Shown here piece by piece: positions 8,299 to 17,084 of a stretch of 64,000 nt of DNA. Every line of letters starts with the position of its first letter. The stretch's first letter is position 1. This stretch comes from Clostridiales bacterium (GTDB lineage: Bacteria > Bacillota > Clostridia > Oscillospirales > CAG-272), in assembly GCA_003522145.1 (NCBI GenBank), contig DPGD01000042.1:4945-68944 (forward strand). The letters are read 5' to 3'. The notes beneath the pieces are model-generated. The model searched no databases. It was not told where the DNA came from and was given only the letters and a program-made list of their open reading frames with translations. The position numbers and the translations under genes are program-made.

Positions 8299-9273
8299 AT
8301 GTCACTGAAAGAAGAAATACTCTACAATCTGGAATGCGCACGGCGGGAGGACCGGGAGCTTTCCGGCGAGGAATTGGCGGGGAAGCTGGGCGTGAGCCGG
8401 ATGGCGGTCTGTAAGGCGGTCAATACTCTGCGCGAGGAAGGTGTGGAAATATCCTCCCGGCGGGGAGGGGGCTACCGGATGGCTCGGCAGGACCTTTTGT
8501 CAGAGGGGCGGGTCCGGGCTCATCTGCCGGGAGAATGTATGGGCTTGAAGATCACGGTTTACGGAGAGACCGACTCCACCAACAAACGGGCAAAGCTCTT
8601 TGCGGAAGAAGGAAATTTCACAGGGGAAGCTCTTTTTGTTGCCGACAGCCAAACGGCAGGCAGAGGGCGCCTGGGCAGAAGCTTCTATTCGCCGGCATCT
8701 ACGGGGCTGTACCTTTCCTACCTTTTTTCTTCAGAGGCTCCCTTACAGACTCTGACGGCGGTTACGCCCTATGCCGCTGTTTCGGTGGCCAAGATTCTGG
8801 AGCGTTATACCGAAAAGAAGATCCTTATAAAATGGGTCAATGACCTGTACAGCGAGGGAAGAAAGGTCTGCGGGATTCTGACCGAAGCCCTGACCTCTCT
8901 GGAATCGGGAGGAGATAACCGGGTGGTGGTGGGCATCGGCATCAATCTGAACACCGAGATTTTTCCCGAAGAGCTGTCCGAAAAGGCCGGATCCCTTGGA
9001 TGCAGACCCGACCGATCTATTCTGGCGGCAGAGATCGCTTCCCGGCTCCATGCCTTTGCCCGAGAGCCCTGGAAACGCACCTTTATGCAAGAATATACCC
9101 GTCGTTCCATGGTTTTAGGAAGACGGGTGGTTCTGGACTGTTGGGGCGCCCGGACCGAAGGGGTGGCGGTGGGCTTTGACGAAAACGGAGGGCTGTTTCT
9201 GGACACCGGCAAGGGCGAACCGGAGTTGTTTACAGGAGGGGAGATTTCTCTCCGGCTTTCCGGGAAAGAGTAA
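8299..9273 (+). CDS. birA: Bifunctional biotin-[acetyl-CoA-carboxylase] ligase / biotin operon repressor
   Basis: N-terminal winged HTH (LSGEELAGKLGVSRMAVCKAVNTLREEG) and ligase motif QTAGRGRLGRSFYSP. 324 aa. Confidence 0.92.
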   Translation: MSLKEEILYNLECARREDRELSGEELAGKLGVSRMAVCKAVNTLREEGVEISSRRGGGYRMARQDLLSEGRVRAHLPGECMGLKITVYGETDSTNKRAKLFAEEGNFTGEALFVADSQTAGRGRLGRSFYSPASTGLYLSYLFSSEAPLQTLTAVTPYAAVSVAKILERYTEKKILIKWVNDLYSEGRKVCGILTEALTSLESGGDNRVVVGIGINLNTEIFPEELSEKAGSLGCRPDRSILAAEIASRLHAFAREPWKRTFMQEYTRRSMVLGRRVVLDCWGARTEGVAVGFDENGGLFLDTGKGEPELFTGGEISLRLSGKE

Positions 9274-9811
9274 ATTTCGGATAGATCATCGGCCTCAGCC
9301 GTGTTACAAGGATGGCAGAAAGGATGACCTTGGCGCAGTCCGGCAGAATGTAGGGAATCACTGCGGAAAGAAGGATGTATGAAAGACCCTTATCGGGCAT
9401 ATAGATATACAACCCTATGGTGCCTGCAAGGTAGCAAACAAGCACTTCTCCCACGAATAAGAGCAGAATATGGTAGAATTTCGGCTTTTTCAGAGCTTTT
9501 AAGGGTAGGGAAATCAACAGGAACGATGGCAGGAATCCAAGGAGAAATCCGCCGGTGGGCCCGAAAAGGGCGCCTATCCCCCCCTGAAATCCGGCAAAGA
9601 CCGGAACGCCCAAAGCCCCTAAAAGAAGGTAGGCAAGAATGGAAGCAAAAGCATAGACGAGGGGAAATAACCCGGAAATCAGAAGAACGGCGAAAAGCTG
9701 AAGGGTGAATTTCAGATCTCCGAAGGTCAGGGTAATGAAGGCGCAAACGGCAATCAGTGCCGTGCCTAAGGCGGTCATGGTCAGGGGAAACAGAGTGCGT
9801 TTGATTTTCAT
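9230..9811 (-). CDS. bioY: Biotin transporter BioY (ECF S-component)
   Basis: MKIKRTLFPLTMTALGTALIAV..., with GVPVFAGFQGGIGALFGPTGGFLLGF typical of BioY. Its 3-prime end overlaps the birA 3-prime end by 44 nt on the opposite strand. Confidence 0.9.
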   Translation of the reverse strand: MKIKRTLFPLTMTALGTALIAVCAFITLTFGDLKFTLQLFAVLLISGLFPLVYAFASILAYLLLGALGVPVFAGFQGGIGALFGPTGGFLLGFLPSFLLISLPLKALKKPKFYHILLLFVGEVLVCYLAGTIGLYIYMPDKGLSYILLSAVIPYILPDCAKVILSAILVTRLRPMIYPKFTLSRKAGEKSPLL

Positions 9812-9843
9812 ACAGAGCAAATCCTTTCAATTGGTAAAATTCA

Positions 9844-9874
9844 TTGTAAACTGTATAGAAAGTTTGGTTTACAA
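9844..9874. promoter_or_regulatory. BirA operator upstream of bioY
   Basis: Perfect inverted repeat TTGTAAAC-N15-GTTTACAA, 33 nt upstream of the bioY start. It matches the Firmicute BirA box pattern TGTWAAC-N(14-16)-GTTWACA. Confidence 0.8.
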
Positions 9875-9921
9875 ACAGGGGAAAAGGGAAGGCCGCCGGA
9901 GCGACCTGATGGGAAAGACGG

Positions 9922-10158
9922 TCAGAACCTGCAGTTTATGGAGCATCCTTCGGATTTTTCATCGGAGCCGACGGAAAGCAGGTCTTCCTCGTCAAAGGAA
10001 CCGAAATCGGTATCTTTATTCAGTGTGGACAGCGCCTTTCTATACTTTTTCAGAATCAGACAAACAGTCAGACTGATCGTTGCAAGAATACCGAGTATTC
10101 CCAAAAAAATCACCAGAGGCTTCAGAATTCTTCTGCTTTCTTCTTCTTGACTGGTCAT
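9922..10158 (-). CDS. Hypothetical small single-pass membrane protein
   Basis: 78 aa with one clear TM segment (LKPLVIFLGILGILATISLTVCLIL) and an acidic C-terminal tail. Weak RBS and no family recognised. Confidence 0.35.
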   Translation of the reverse strand: MTSQEEESRRILKPLVIFLGILGILATISLTVCLILKKYRKALSTLNKDTDFGSFDEEDLLSVGSDEKSEGCSINCRF

Positions 10159-10290
10159 AGGAGGTACCGCCTTTCAAACATTTTCTGATTACAGTATAGC
10201 ATATTTTTTCCAAACTGTACAGACAAAAAATGAATTTTTTTGAAAAATATTGTTCCGGAACATTTTTTGGCGAAAGACCGAAAAATCCGG

Positions 10291-10319
10291 TTGACAAATT
10301 GAGAAAAGAAAATTATACT
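10291..10319 (+). promoter_or_regulatory. coaE promoter
   Basis: TTGACA, a 17-nt spacer and TATACT. Confidence 0.7.
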
Positions 10320-10342
10320 TGAGAAAGAGAGGAGCGGCGGCA

Positions 10343-10933
10343 TTGATTAGAATCGGATTGACAGGGCCAAGCGGCAGTGGGAAAGGTTATATTTCCAGCC
10401 TGCTTGCCAAAAGGGGAGTTCCCACATTGGATTGTGACCGCGTGGTGCATACGCTTTATCAGGACGAAAGCTTTGTGCAAGTGCTTTCCATGGCCTTTGG
10501 CGTGGATCTGTCGGCGCCGGACGGCTCGGTGAACCGGAAAAGGCTGGGGGAGATCGTCTACAACGATCCGGAAGCCATGAAAAAGCTGGCAAATCTGGTT
10601 TACCCTCCGGTGCGGCAAAGGTGCTTGGGGTACCTTGAAAAGGCCGAGGAGGTCGGTTATTCGGCGGCGGCGGTGGATGCCCCCCAGCTTTTTGAAGCCG
10701 GCTTTGAAAAGGACTATGATTGCATCCTCTGCGTGACGGCTCCCGAAGAGGAGCGGTTGCGGCGTATTGTTTTGCGGGACGGAATCTCCGCAGAGCAGGC
10801 AAAGCTGCGCATGAAGAATCAGAAAACCGAAGAGGAATACAGGATGAGAAGCGATTTTGTCCTGAACAACGGAGCAGATGACCGCCCGGAAGAGACGCTT
10901 GCGCAGATTTTAGGAAAGATGGGTATCCGATGA
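10343..10933 (+). CDS. coaE: Dephospho-CoA kinase
   Basis: P-loop IGLTGPSGSGKGY and LDCDRVVH. I prefer the TTG start at 10343, 8 nt after GAGGAG. The track ORF begins at TTG 10319, inside the -10 element. Confidence 0.85.
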   Translation: MIRIGLTGPSGSGKGYISSLLAKRGVPTLDCDRVVHTLYQDESFVQVLSMAFGVDLSAPDGSVNRKRLGEIVYNDPEAMKKLANLVYPPVRQRCLGYLEKAEEVGYSAAAVDAPQLFEAGFEKDYDCILCVTAPEEERLRRIVLRDGISAEQAKLRMKNQKTEEEYRMRSDFVLNNGADDRPEETLAQILGKMGIR

Positions 10934-11553
10934 AGGGGTGGAGGAGAGACGACCGAAGGGTCAGTCTGGTTGCCGGAGTTCTTTGTCTGTCGGTGTTGCT
11001 GGCGCTGACGGCGGTTTGTTTTCTTCTGTTTCGGGCAGGGGACCAAGCGGAATACAGTCCTTTGGATGAGGAGATCCGAAACAGAGAGAGTCTTCCGTAC
11101 TGGACGGAGGTACACCGGGCGGCGATCAAGTATTCGGTGGAGGAAGCAAGGATCTATGCGGTGATCCAGGTGGAAAGCGGCTTCCGGCCCCAGGTGGAAT
11201 CCAAAGCCGGAGCCAGGGGACTGATGCAAATGCTCCCCTCGACCTACAGGGAGCAGTGTGCCCTTGCCGGCGTTCCCTATGACCCGGAAAATCTTTTTGT
11301 GCCGGAGATCAATATCGACACATGCACCGAGTATCTTTGCGTTCTGCACGAACTGACCGGAAGCTGGAAATGGAGCCATGTGGCGTATTTTGCCGGAATC
11401 GGCAATGTGAACCGCTGGAGGGAAGAGGGGTATATCCTTGAAAACCTTCCGAGCGAAAGGGCAAGGACCTATTTGGAACGGATCGAAAGCGCTTACGATG
11501 CCTACGGTGTTTTACTTCAGGCAACTCAATCCAATACAAGCGGGTACCTCTAA
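10930..11553 (+). CDS. Lytic transglycosylase (SLT domain), membrane anchored
   Basis: N-terminal TM segment and catalytic motif VIQVESGFRPQVESKAGARGLMQMLPSTY. Start overlaps the coaE stop (ATGA). Confidence 0.85.
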   Translation: MKGWRRDDRRVSLVAGVLCLSVLLALTAVCFLLFRAGDQAEYSPLDEEIRNRESLPYWTEVHRAAIKYSVEEARIYAVIQVESGFRPQVESKAGARGLMQMLPSTYREQCALAGVPYDPENLFVPEINIDTCTEYLCVLHELTGSWKWSHVAYFAGIGNVNRWREEGYILENLPSERARTYLERIESAYDAYGVLLQATQSNTSGYL

Positions 11554-11733
11554 ACTGTCCCCGCACATCCGGCGACGGCGTTTTTCCCGCAGACCGGCGT
11601 TGCAAAAAGCGTTCGTACACAGTGTATTCCGGCGTTTTGGCGTCTCGTTCTTCGCAAGGACCGTCCGCCGCCGAATATGCCTTGAATATTCAGAGATGCT
11701 CAAATCCGAATGAGAAAAAGAAAGGAATCTATC

Positions 11734-13122
11734 ATGGAAGAAGCAAAGACCCTGAAAGAGCAGCTGCTCTTCAAAAAAAAGACGGCATACGAAGTGATGA
11801 CCGAGGAAGCAAAAAAGGAAATGGAGGAGTATTCCAAGGAATACATGTGGTATATCGACCATTCCAAGACCGAGCGGGAGGCCGTTCGGTCGGGAATTGC
11901 CCTGTTTGAAAAGAAGGGTTTTGTCCCCTACAGCATGGGCGATAAGATCGAAAAGGGCGGCAAGTACTATTTTAATAACCGGGGCAAGGCGCTGTATGCC
12001 TTCCGCATTGGCAGCGAGAGCCTTGAGGAGGGCATTCGTATTTCGGCGGCCCATATCGATTCTCCCAGACTGGATCTGAAGCCCAATCCGCTCTATGAGG
12101 AAGCGGATATCGGCTATTTCAAGACCCACTATTACGGCGGGATCAAGAAGTATCAGTGGACGACCATTCCTTTGGCCATTCACGGCGTGGTGGTGAAGAA
12201 GGACGGAACCAAGGTGGAAATCACGGTGGGCGAAGAGGAAAGCGACCCCATTTTCTATATTTCCGATCTGTTGCCCCATCTGGCAAAGGATCAGGTAAAC
12301 AAAACTCTCGGAGAGGGGATTCCCGGAGAGAAACTGAATGTGATCATCGGCTCTACCCCCTATGACCAGTCGGCAGACGGCGGGGTGAAGCTGCACATGA
12401 TGCAGATTCTGAATGAAAAATACGGCATCGTGGAACAGGAATTCCAGTCGGCAGAGCTGTCGGTGGTTCCGGCCATGAAGGCCAGAGAAGTGGGCTTTGA
12501 CCGTTCTCTGATCGCCGGTTACGGGCACGACGACCGGGTATGCGCTCATCCGGCTATCCGGGCGCTGGCAGACACCGACGAGAGCGTGCACACGGTGATG
12601 GCGATCCTTGCCGATAAGGAGGAGGTCGGTTCCGGCGGAAATACCGGTATGCAGAGCGGTATTTTCTTGGACATCATGGAAGAGATCTGCAAGAGCCTGG
12701 GAGCGAACTTCAATATTGTGAAGAACAACAGCAAATGCCTGTCCGCCGATGTGAATGCGGCATACGACCCCAACTTCGCCGATGTGTATGAGAAGCGCAA
12801 CGCCTGCACGGTGAACGGCGGAGTGGTGCTGACCAAGTATACCGGAAGCAGAGGAAAGGCCGGCACGAACGACGCCTCTGCCGAGTTTGTGGGCTATGTG
12901 TCCTCTCTGTTCGACAAGGAGCAGGTGCTGTGGCAGATAGGCGAACTGGGTAAGGTGGATCAGGGCGGCGGCGGCACCGTTGCGATCTACATTTCCTCCA
13001 AAAACATCGATGTGGTGGACTTGGGTGTTCCGGTGCTGTCCATGCATGCCCCCTATGAGTGCATTTCCAAGGCCGATCTGTATATGACCTACAAGTCCTT
13101 CTGCGCCTTCAACAAAGGCTGA
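11734..13122 (+). CDS. M18-family aminopeptidase (clostridial aminopeptidase-1 type)
   Basis: SAAHIDSPRLDLKPNP, HYYGGIKKYQWT, GYGHDDRVC and LADKEEVGSGGNTG. Start at MEEAKT (11734) follows AAAGGAA. Confidence 0.85.
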   Translation: MEEAKTLKEQLLFKKKTAYEVMTEEAKKEMEEYSKEYMWYIDHSKTEREAVRSGIALFEKKGFVPYSMGDKIEKGGKYYFNNRGKALYAFRIGSESLEEGIRISAAHIDSPRLDLKPNPLYEEADIGYFKTHYYGGIKKYQWTTIPLAIHGVVVKKDGTKVEITVGEEESDPIFYISDLLPHLAKDQVNKTLGEGIPGEKLNVIIGSTPYDQSADGGVKLHMMQILNEKYGIVEQEFQSAELSVVPAMKAREVGFDRSLIAGYGHDDRVCAHPAIRALADTDESVHTVMAILADKEEVGSGGNTGMQSGIFLDIMEEICKSLGANFNIVKNNSKCLSADVNAAYDPNFADVYEKRNACTVNGGVVLTKYTGSRGKAGTNDASAEFVGYVSSLFDKEQVLWQIGELGKVDQGGGGTVAIYISSKNIDVVDLGVPVLSMHAPYECISKADLYMTYKSFCAFNKG

Positions 13123-13130
13123 GAATCCAA

Positions 13131-13300
13131 GGGCTGTAAAAAATCTCGTTGAGAAGCAGAGACAACGATCGGCTGATCGAAGTCTCTGCTATTTGCTGCA
13201 AGAGAAAGGGAATCGGTGAAAATCCCCGAATCTGGGGCACAAAAGCCCAATTGGCGGCATTTTTGAGAATTTTCCACAGTTGGGAAAGCAAAAAATTCGG
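13131..13300 (-). repeat. Degenerate family-R fragment with a variant terminal hairpin
   Basis: GGGCTGTAAAAAAT half-hairpin, hairpin AGCAGAGAC..GTCTCTGCT (13155-13190, same variant as at 42581), then TATTTGCTGCAAGAG and GGCGGCATTTTTGAG blocks that match reverse-oriented copies. Confidence 0.5.
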
Positions 13301-13349
13301 TTTCCTTAAACCGCTTTTGACATCCGGGATTTTTCGTTGTGGCACTTAT

Positions 13350-13830
13350 AGAGATCAAATCTGATGGAAATCAGTGCAAACTCCGGTATTACCGATTCTC
13401 TCCCTCTCCTTCGGGCCCTTCTGTAGGAGCGATTCCGCTTGATCGGGCCGCAGGGTCCCTTTGCCGGTGGGGCTCCTGTTGGTTCTCAGCCGTATCCCGC
13501 ATCGGCAACCGGATATTCCGGGTATCCGCTTTATCCGTAAGAGGTAAAAAGAAATCCATATAAGAGGTATACTGCTTCGCATCTGAAACAACAATATATT
13601 CGTTGCAGATGCCGATCGGCAAGATTATATGCGGAAGAAGCCGGTCGTTTCCTATGCAATTCCGTTTTACCCTCATAAAAGTGGCATCGGGATCGGTTTT
13701 GCTGTAGCTGTTGCGGATGTCTTTGCATATCCCAATTTGCTTGGCATATTTCCAAAGGCGCATTTTGATCCGATCGTACCGTTTGCTCCTGCGGACTTTT
13801 CCATCCGTTGACCTATATTTTGCGTATTTA
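13350..13830 (-). pseudogene. IS1182-family (DDE) transposase remnant, frameshifted and truncated at both ends
   Basis: The minus-strand frames give RNSYSKTDPDATFMRVK, then, in another frame, KRPASSAYNL, then VADAGYG followed by an in-frame TGA where the family has ADAGYGSEEN. There is no intact N- or C-terminus and no terminal repeats were seen. Confidence 0.7.
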
Positions 13831-13856
13831 TTTTTTATATTTTTGGAGGAATGATT

Positions 13857-14657
13857 ATGGAAAGATTAAAAGACAAGGTTGCTGTTGTTACAGGCTCTAC
13901 CAGTGGTATCGGTATCGGCATCGCCAAGCTGTTTGCCTCTGAGGGAGCAAAGGTCGTTATCTGCGGACGCAGACAGGAGAAGGGACAGGCTGTCGTTGAT
14001 GAAATCGTGCAGGCAGGCGGAGAAGCCACCTACCATTTCATGGACATCACCGCCACCGAGAGCATTGAACAGCTTTTTTCCGACACCGAGGCAAAATACG
14101 GCAAGATTGACATTCTGGTCAACAATGCCGCAAATGTCGGACTGAAGGATGGTCGTGTGGACGAATTGACCCTTGAAATGTGGGACGCTATTTTCCAGAG
14201 TGACATTCGCGGCACCTTCTTCGCCACCAAGTGTGTTCTTCCCTACATGGAGAAGATCGGCGGCGGCTCCATTATCAACATCGGTTCCATGGCATCCTGC
14301 CTGGGCGATCTGGGGTCCACCGCATACGCTTGCGCAAAGGCGGGCGTGGACAAGCTGACCCAGTACACCGCTCTTCAGTACGGCAAGCAGAACATCCGTT
14401 GCAACTGCGTCCGTCCCGGGTTGATCGTTACTCCCCAGAATGAGGCGTATGTTCCTCAGGCTCTAAAGGACATTTTCCTGAGCAACATCATGGTGAACCG
14501 TTACGGATGCCCCGAAGATATCGGACATATGTGCGTCTATCTCGCATCTGACGAGAGCTGCTATGTGACCGGTCAGATCATCAATGTTGACGGCGGACTG
14601 AACTCCCATGTTTCCACCGTTGCTCAGTTCAGAGAGATGAAATCCCGCACCTGGTAA
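13857..14657 (+). CDS. Short-chain dehydrogenase/reductase (SDR) family oxidoreductase
   Basis: TGSTSGIGIGIA cofactor motif, NNAA, and the catalytic YACAK. ATG 13857 is better spaced from GGAGGA than ATG 13851. Confidence 0.88.
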   Translation: MERLKDKVAVVTGSTSGIGIGIAKLFASEGAKVVICGRRQEKGQAVVDEIVQAGGEATYHFMDITATESIEQLFSDTEAKYGKIDILVNNAANVGLKDGRVDELTLEMWDAIFQSDIRGTFFATKCVLPYMEKIGGGSIINIGSMASCLGDLGSTAYACAKAGVDKLTQYTALQYGKQNIRCNCVRPGLIVTPQNEAYVPQALKDIFLSNIMVNRYGCPEDIGHMCVYLASDESCYVTGQIINVDGGLNSHVSTVAQFREMKSRTW

Positions 14658-14668
14658 ATCAAATTCAA

Positions 14669-14712
14669 GGGCAAACCGCTAAAAAATCAGTGGTTTGCCC
14701 CCCTTTTGCTTT
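14669..14712 (+). terminator. Rho-independent terminator of the SDR gene
   Basis: GGGCAAACCGCT-aaaaaatc-AGTGGTTTGCCC followed by CCCTTTTGCTTT. Confidence 0.8.
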
Positions 14713-14790
14713 CAGCCGTAAATGAATGCCTGTTCATGCTGCGGCTGATTCTCTATGTGAATAGCTTCCTAAAATTTTCGTTCTTTTTTC

Positions 14791-14839
14791 AAGGTACCTT
14801 GACATTTTGGCTTTTTCGCGCTATAATTTTAAGGTACCT
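14791..14839 (+). promoter_or_regulatory. marR-operon promoter flanked by two AAGGTACCT palindromes (candidate MarR operator)
   Basis: AAGGTACCTTGACA-N17-TATAAT-ttt-AAGGTACCT. The first palindrome overlaps the -35 and the second lies just downstream of the -10. Confidence 0.65.
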
Positions 14840-14861
14840 AAATAAATAAGGAGGAAAATCT

Positions 14862-15362
14862 ATGACAACAGGGCCAAAAGAGTGCGAAAAGCAAGGGTCG
14901 GAACGCTATCATTCTGCCGATGTAAATGACCGGCTGATCATCAATCTGCGGGATATGGGACAGACCATTCGTCTGCTGTATGAGGGAAAGGGGAGTCAGA
15001 AGCGGATTCTGATCATCCTGTTGGAGGTCGGCAGTATCACCCAGAGGGCGCTGACCAGCCGTCTGGGCATTCAGCCGGGATCGGCAAGTGAAGTCATCGC
15101 CAAGCTTGAAAATGCGGGACTGATTCAACGGACTGTCAGCACCGACGACCGCAGAACGGCAAACATCCGACTGACCCCGGAGGGCGAGCATCTGGCAAAG
15201 GCTGCTGCAGAGGATCGGCTGAGGCGGCACAGGGAAATGTTTTCCTGCCTCAACGATTCGGAGAAACAGACCCTTCTCGGCTTGATGGAAAGAATCTGCA
15301 CCGATTGGGATGCCAAATACATCAGAAAACGAGAGGAAGAACAAAATGTGGAAGTATGTTAA
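14862..15362 (+). CDS. MarR family transcriptional regulator
   Basis: Winged HTH ILIILLEVGSITQRALTSRLGIQPGSASEVIAKLENAGLIQRTVSTDDRRTANIRLT. AAGGAGGA RBS. Confidence 0.9.
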   Translation: MTTGPKECEKQGSERYHSADVNDRLIINLRDMGQTIRLLYEGKGSQKRILIILLEVGSITQRALTSRLGIQPGSASEVIAKLENAGLIQRTVSTDDRRTANIRLTPEGEHLAKAAAEDRLRRHREMFSCLNDSEKQTLLGLMERICTDWDAKYIRKREEEQNVEVC

Positions 15363-16367
15363 ACGATATCTGCATTTTGCTGTTTTAGCCGCCATATTCA
15401 TGGTCGGCGAAGTGCTGATGGATCTGATCCAACCCGGTATCATGAGCCGGATTGTCGATGAAGGTGTTCTGGGACTTGACAATGGCGGAGTCAGCAACCT
15501 GAATCTGATCTGGGTACTGGGATTTCAGATGATCGGCTTGGTTCTGTTCGGAGGTCTTTGCGGCTCCCTCAACAATGTTTTCGTTCACATGACCGGTCAG
15601 AATATCGGCAACGAAATCCGGAAGGACTGCTTCGGTCGGATTATGACCTTTTCCTTCCCCCAGATCGACAAATTCAGCACCGGTTCCCTTGTGACAAGAG
15701 TCACCAACGATATTACACAGGTTCAGAATTTCGTATCTCAGTTCGTCAGAGGCATGATCCGGACCTCCATGCTGATGTTCGGCAGCATCTTCTTCATGTT
15801 CCGTCTGAACCGGGATTTCGGACTGATCGTACTCTGCGCCTTCCCCCTGATCCTCGGCTGTCTTGCCTTCTGTCTGACGAAAGCGAATCCCCTGTTCACC
15901 AAGTTGCAGACACATTTGGACACCATCAACAGCATCCTGCAGGAGGATATTTCCGGAATCCGCATCATCAAGGCATGCGTCCGGGAAATCTACGAAAAAA
16001 TTCGGTTCGGTAAGGCAAACGATGACCTGATCAAAACGCAGTTGAAGGTTCTTGTTATTTTTGCTTTTATGAATCCCATCATCAATGCGCTGATGTAGCC
16101 GATCCGAAAATCCTTGTTCTGGATGAGGCGACCTCCAATGTGGATACCCGAACCGAAAAGGCGATTCAGGATGCGATGCAGATGGTGATGTGCAACCGTA
16201 CCAGCATCGTGATTGCCCACCGTCTGTTTACCATCAGGGACTCGGATCTGATCGTCGTCATGGATCACGGACAAATCGTTGAAAGCGGCAATCACAACGC
16301 CCTGCTTGCAAAGAAGGGCAGGTATTACGAGCTCTATATGACCCAGTACGCCGGAATTGCCACCTGA
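15346..16367 (+). pseudogene. ABC exporter (fused TMD-NBD type) with a large internal deletion and frameshift
   Basis: 15346-16098 encodes an ABC type-1 exporter TMD (MWKYVKRYLHFAVLAAIFMVGE...) that stops at ..NPIINALM*. From about 16098, in another frame, the sequence reads [27 protein letters not shown]...[26 protein letters not shown]...YYELYMTQY. That is Walker B, D-loop, H-loop and C-terminus. Walker A, Q-loop and the LSGGQ signature are absent. Confidence 0.85.
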
Positions 16368-16482
16368 TGCAGGGCTTCGACAGAATGTTACATTACCAGA
16401 TCCAAAATAAAAGATTTTTCTTTTCAAAATGCAATAAAACCGCATGCCGGTGGATTATTCTGATGAAAGGAGCAAGTTGTAG

Positions 16483-16761
16483 ATGTCAGTGAATATTTCA
16501 ACCCGGGTCTCCGAAAACAACTTGGACGCAAGTGCTGAGAAACTGGATGAATATCTTGTGAAAATTGCCAACGGCGACCGCGAGGCGCTGGCGGCAATCC
16601 ATCAGGCGACAAGCGATAGCGTTTGCGGCTATGCCCTTTCAATTTTGAAAAAACCACATGACGCACAGGATGTTAAGCAACGAACTGACATCACTTTTCT
16701 ATTTCCGCTTTATATTCTTCGACTTGTCTGTAACCTCTTGGCAGAGCTAAAGGGGCTGTAA
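16483..16761 (+). pseudogene. Truncated sigma-70 (ECF-like) factor gene; only the N-terminal ~64 codons look sigma-like
   Basis: LVKIANGDREALAAIHQATSDSVCGYALSILKKPHDAQDV is a typical region-2 start. After about 16675 the frame turns into non-homologous AT-richer sequence and stops inside the family-R hairpin at 16752. Confidence 0.65.
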
Positions 16762-16918
16762 AAAAGCGAGTTTTTTACAGCCCCTCAAAAATGCCGGTCG
16801 GAATCCCGGCATTTTTGAGGCGGTCCCGGTCGGTTTTGCCCTCGATTTTTTTTGGAATTCAGGTGAGTTTTGCGGCCGTTGCCGGAGGTGTAAAAAGCTC
16901 GGACAGAGTTTTTACGCC
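16752..16918 (+). repeat. Family-R multi-hairpin repeat, short variant
   Basis: Hairpin A is GGGGCTGTAAAAAA-gcgag-TTTTTTACAGCCCC and hairpin B is TCAAAAATGCCGG-tcggaatc-CCGGCATTTTTGA. The core is GGTCGGTTTTGCCCTCGATTTT..GAATTCAGGTGAGTTTTGCGGC, and hairpin C is GGAGGTGTAAAAAGC..GTTTTTACGCC. Confidence 0.9.
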
Positions 16919-17084
16919 TTTTTTGTATATTCGGTGAAAAAATGAATATTAAAAAATCGGCTTATGGCCTTGAAAGGGCTCCCTCGGATCGGTGTTTTTT
17001 TGAACTTAAAGCAATATGACTATAAATATCAAATTTTCAATCTCAGATTTATTGAAAATAACGCAAATTATTTTCAAAAACGGT

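Noticed and set aside
11512-13047. 511-aa ORF antisense to the M18 aminopeptidase gene
   Set aside because: It is a shadow ORF with His/Arg/Gly-rich low-complexity translation and no motifs, and it fully overlaps a gene with clear family signatures.
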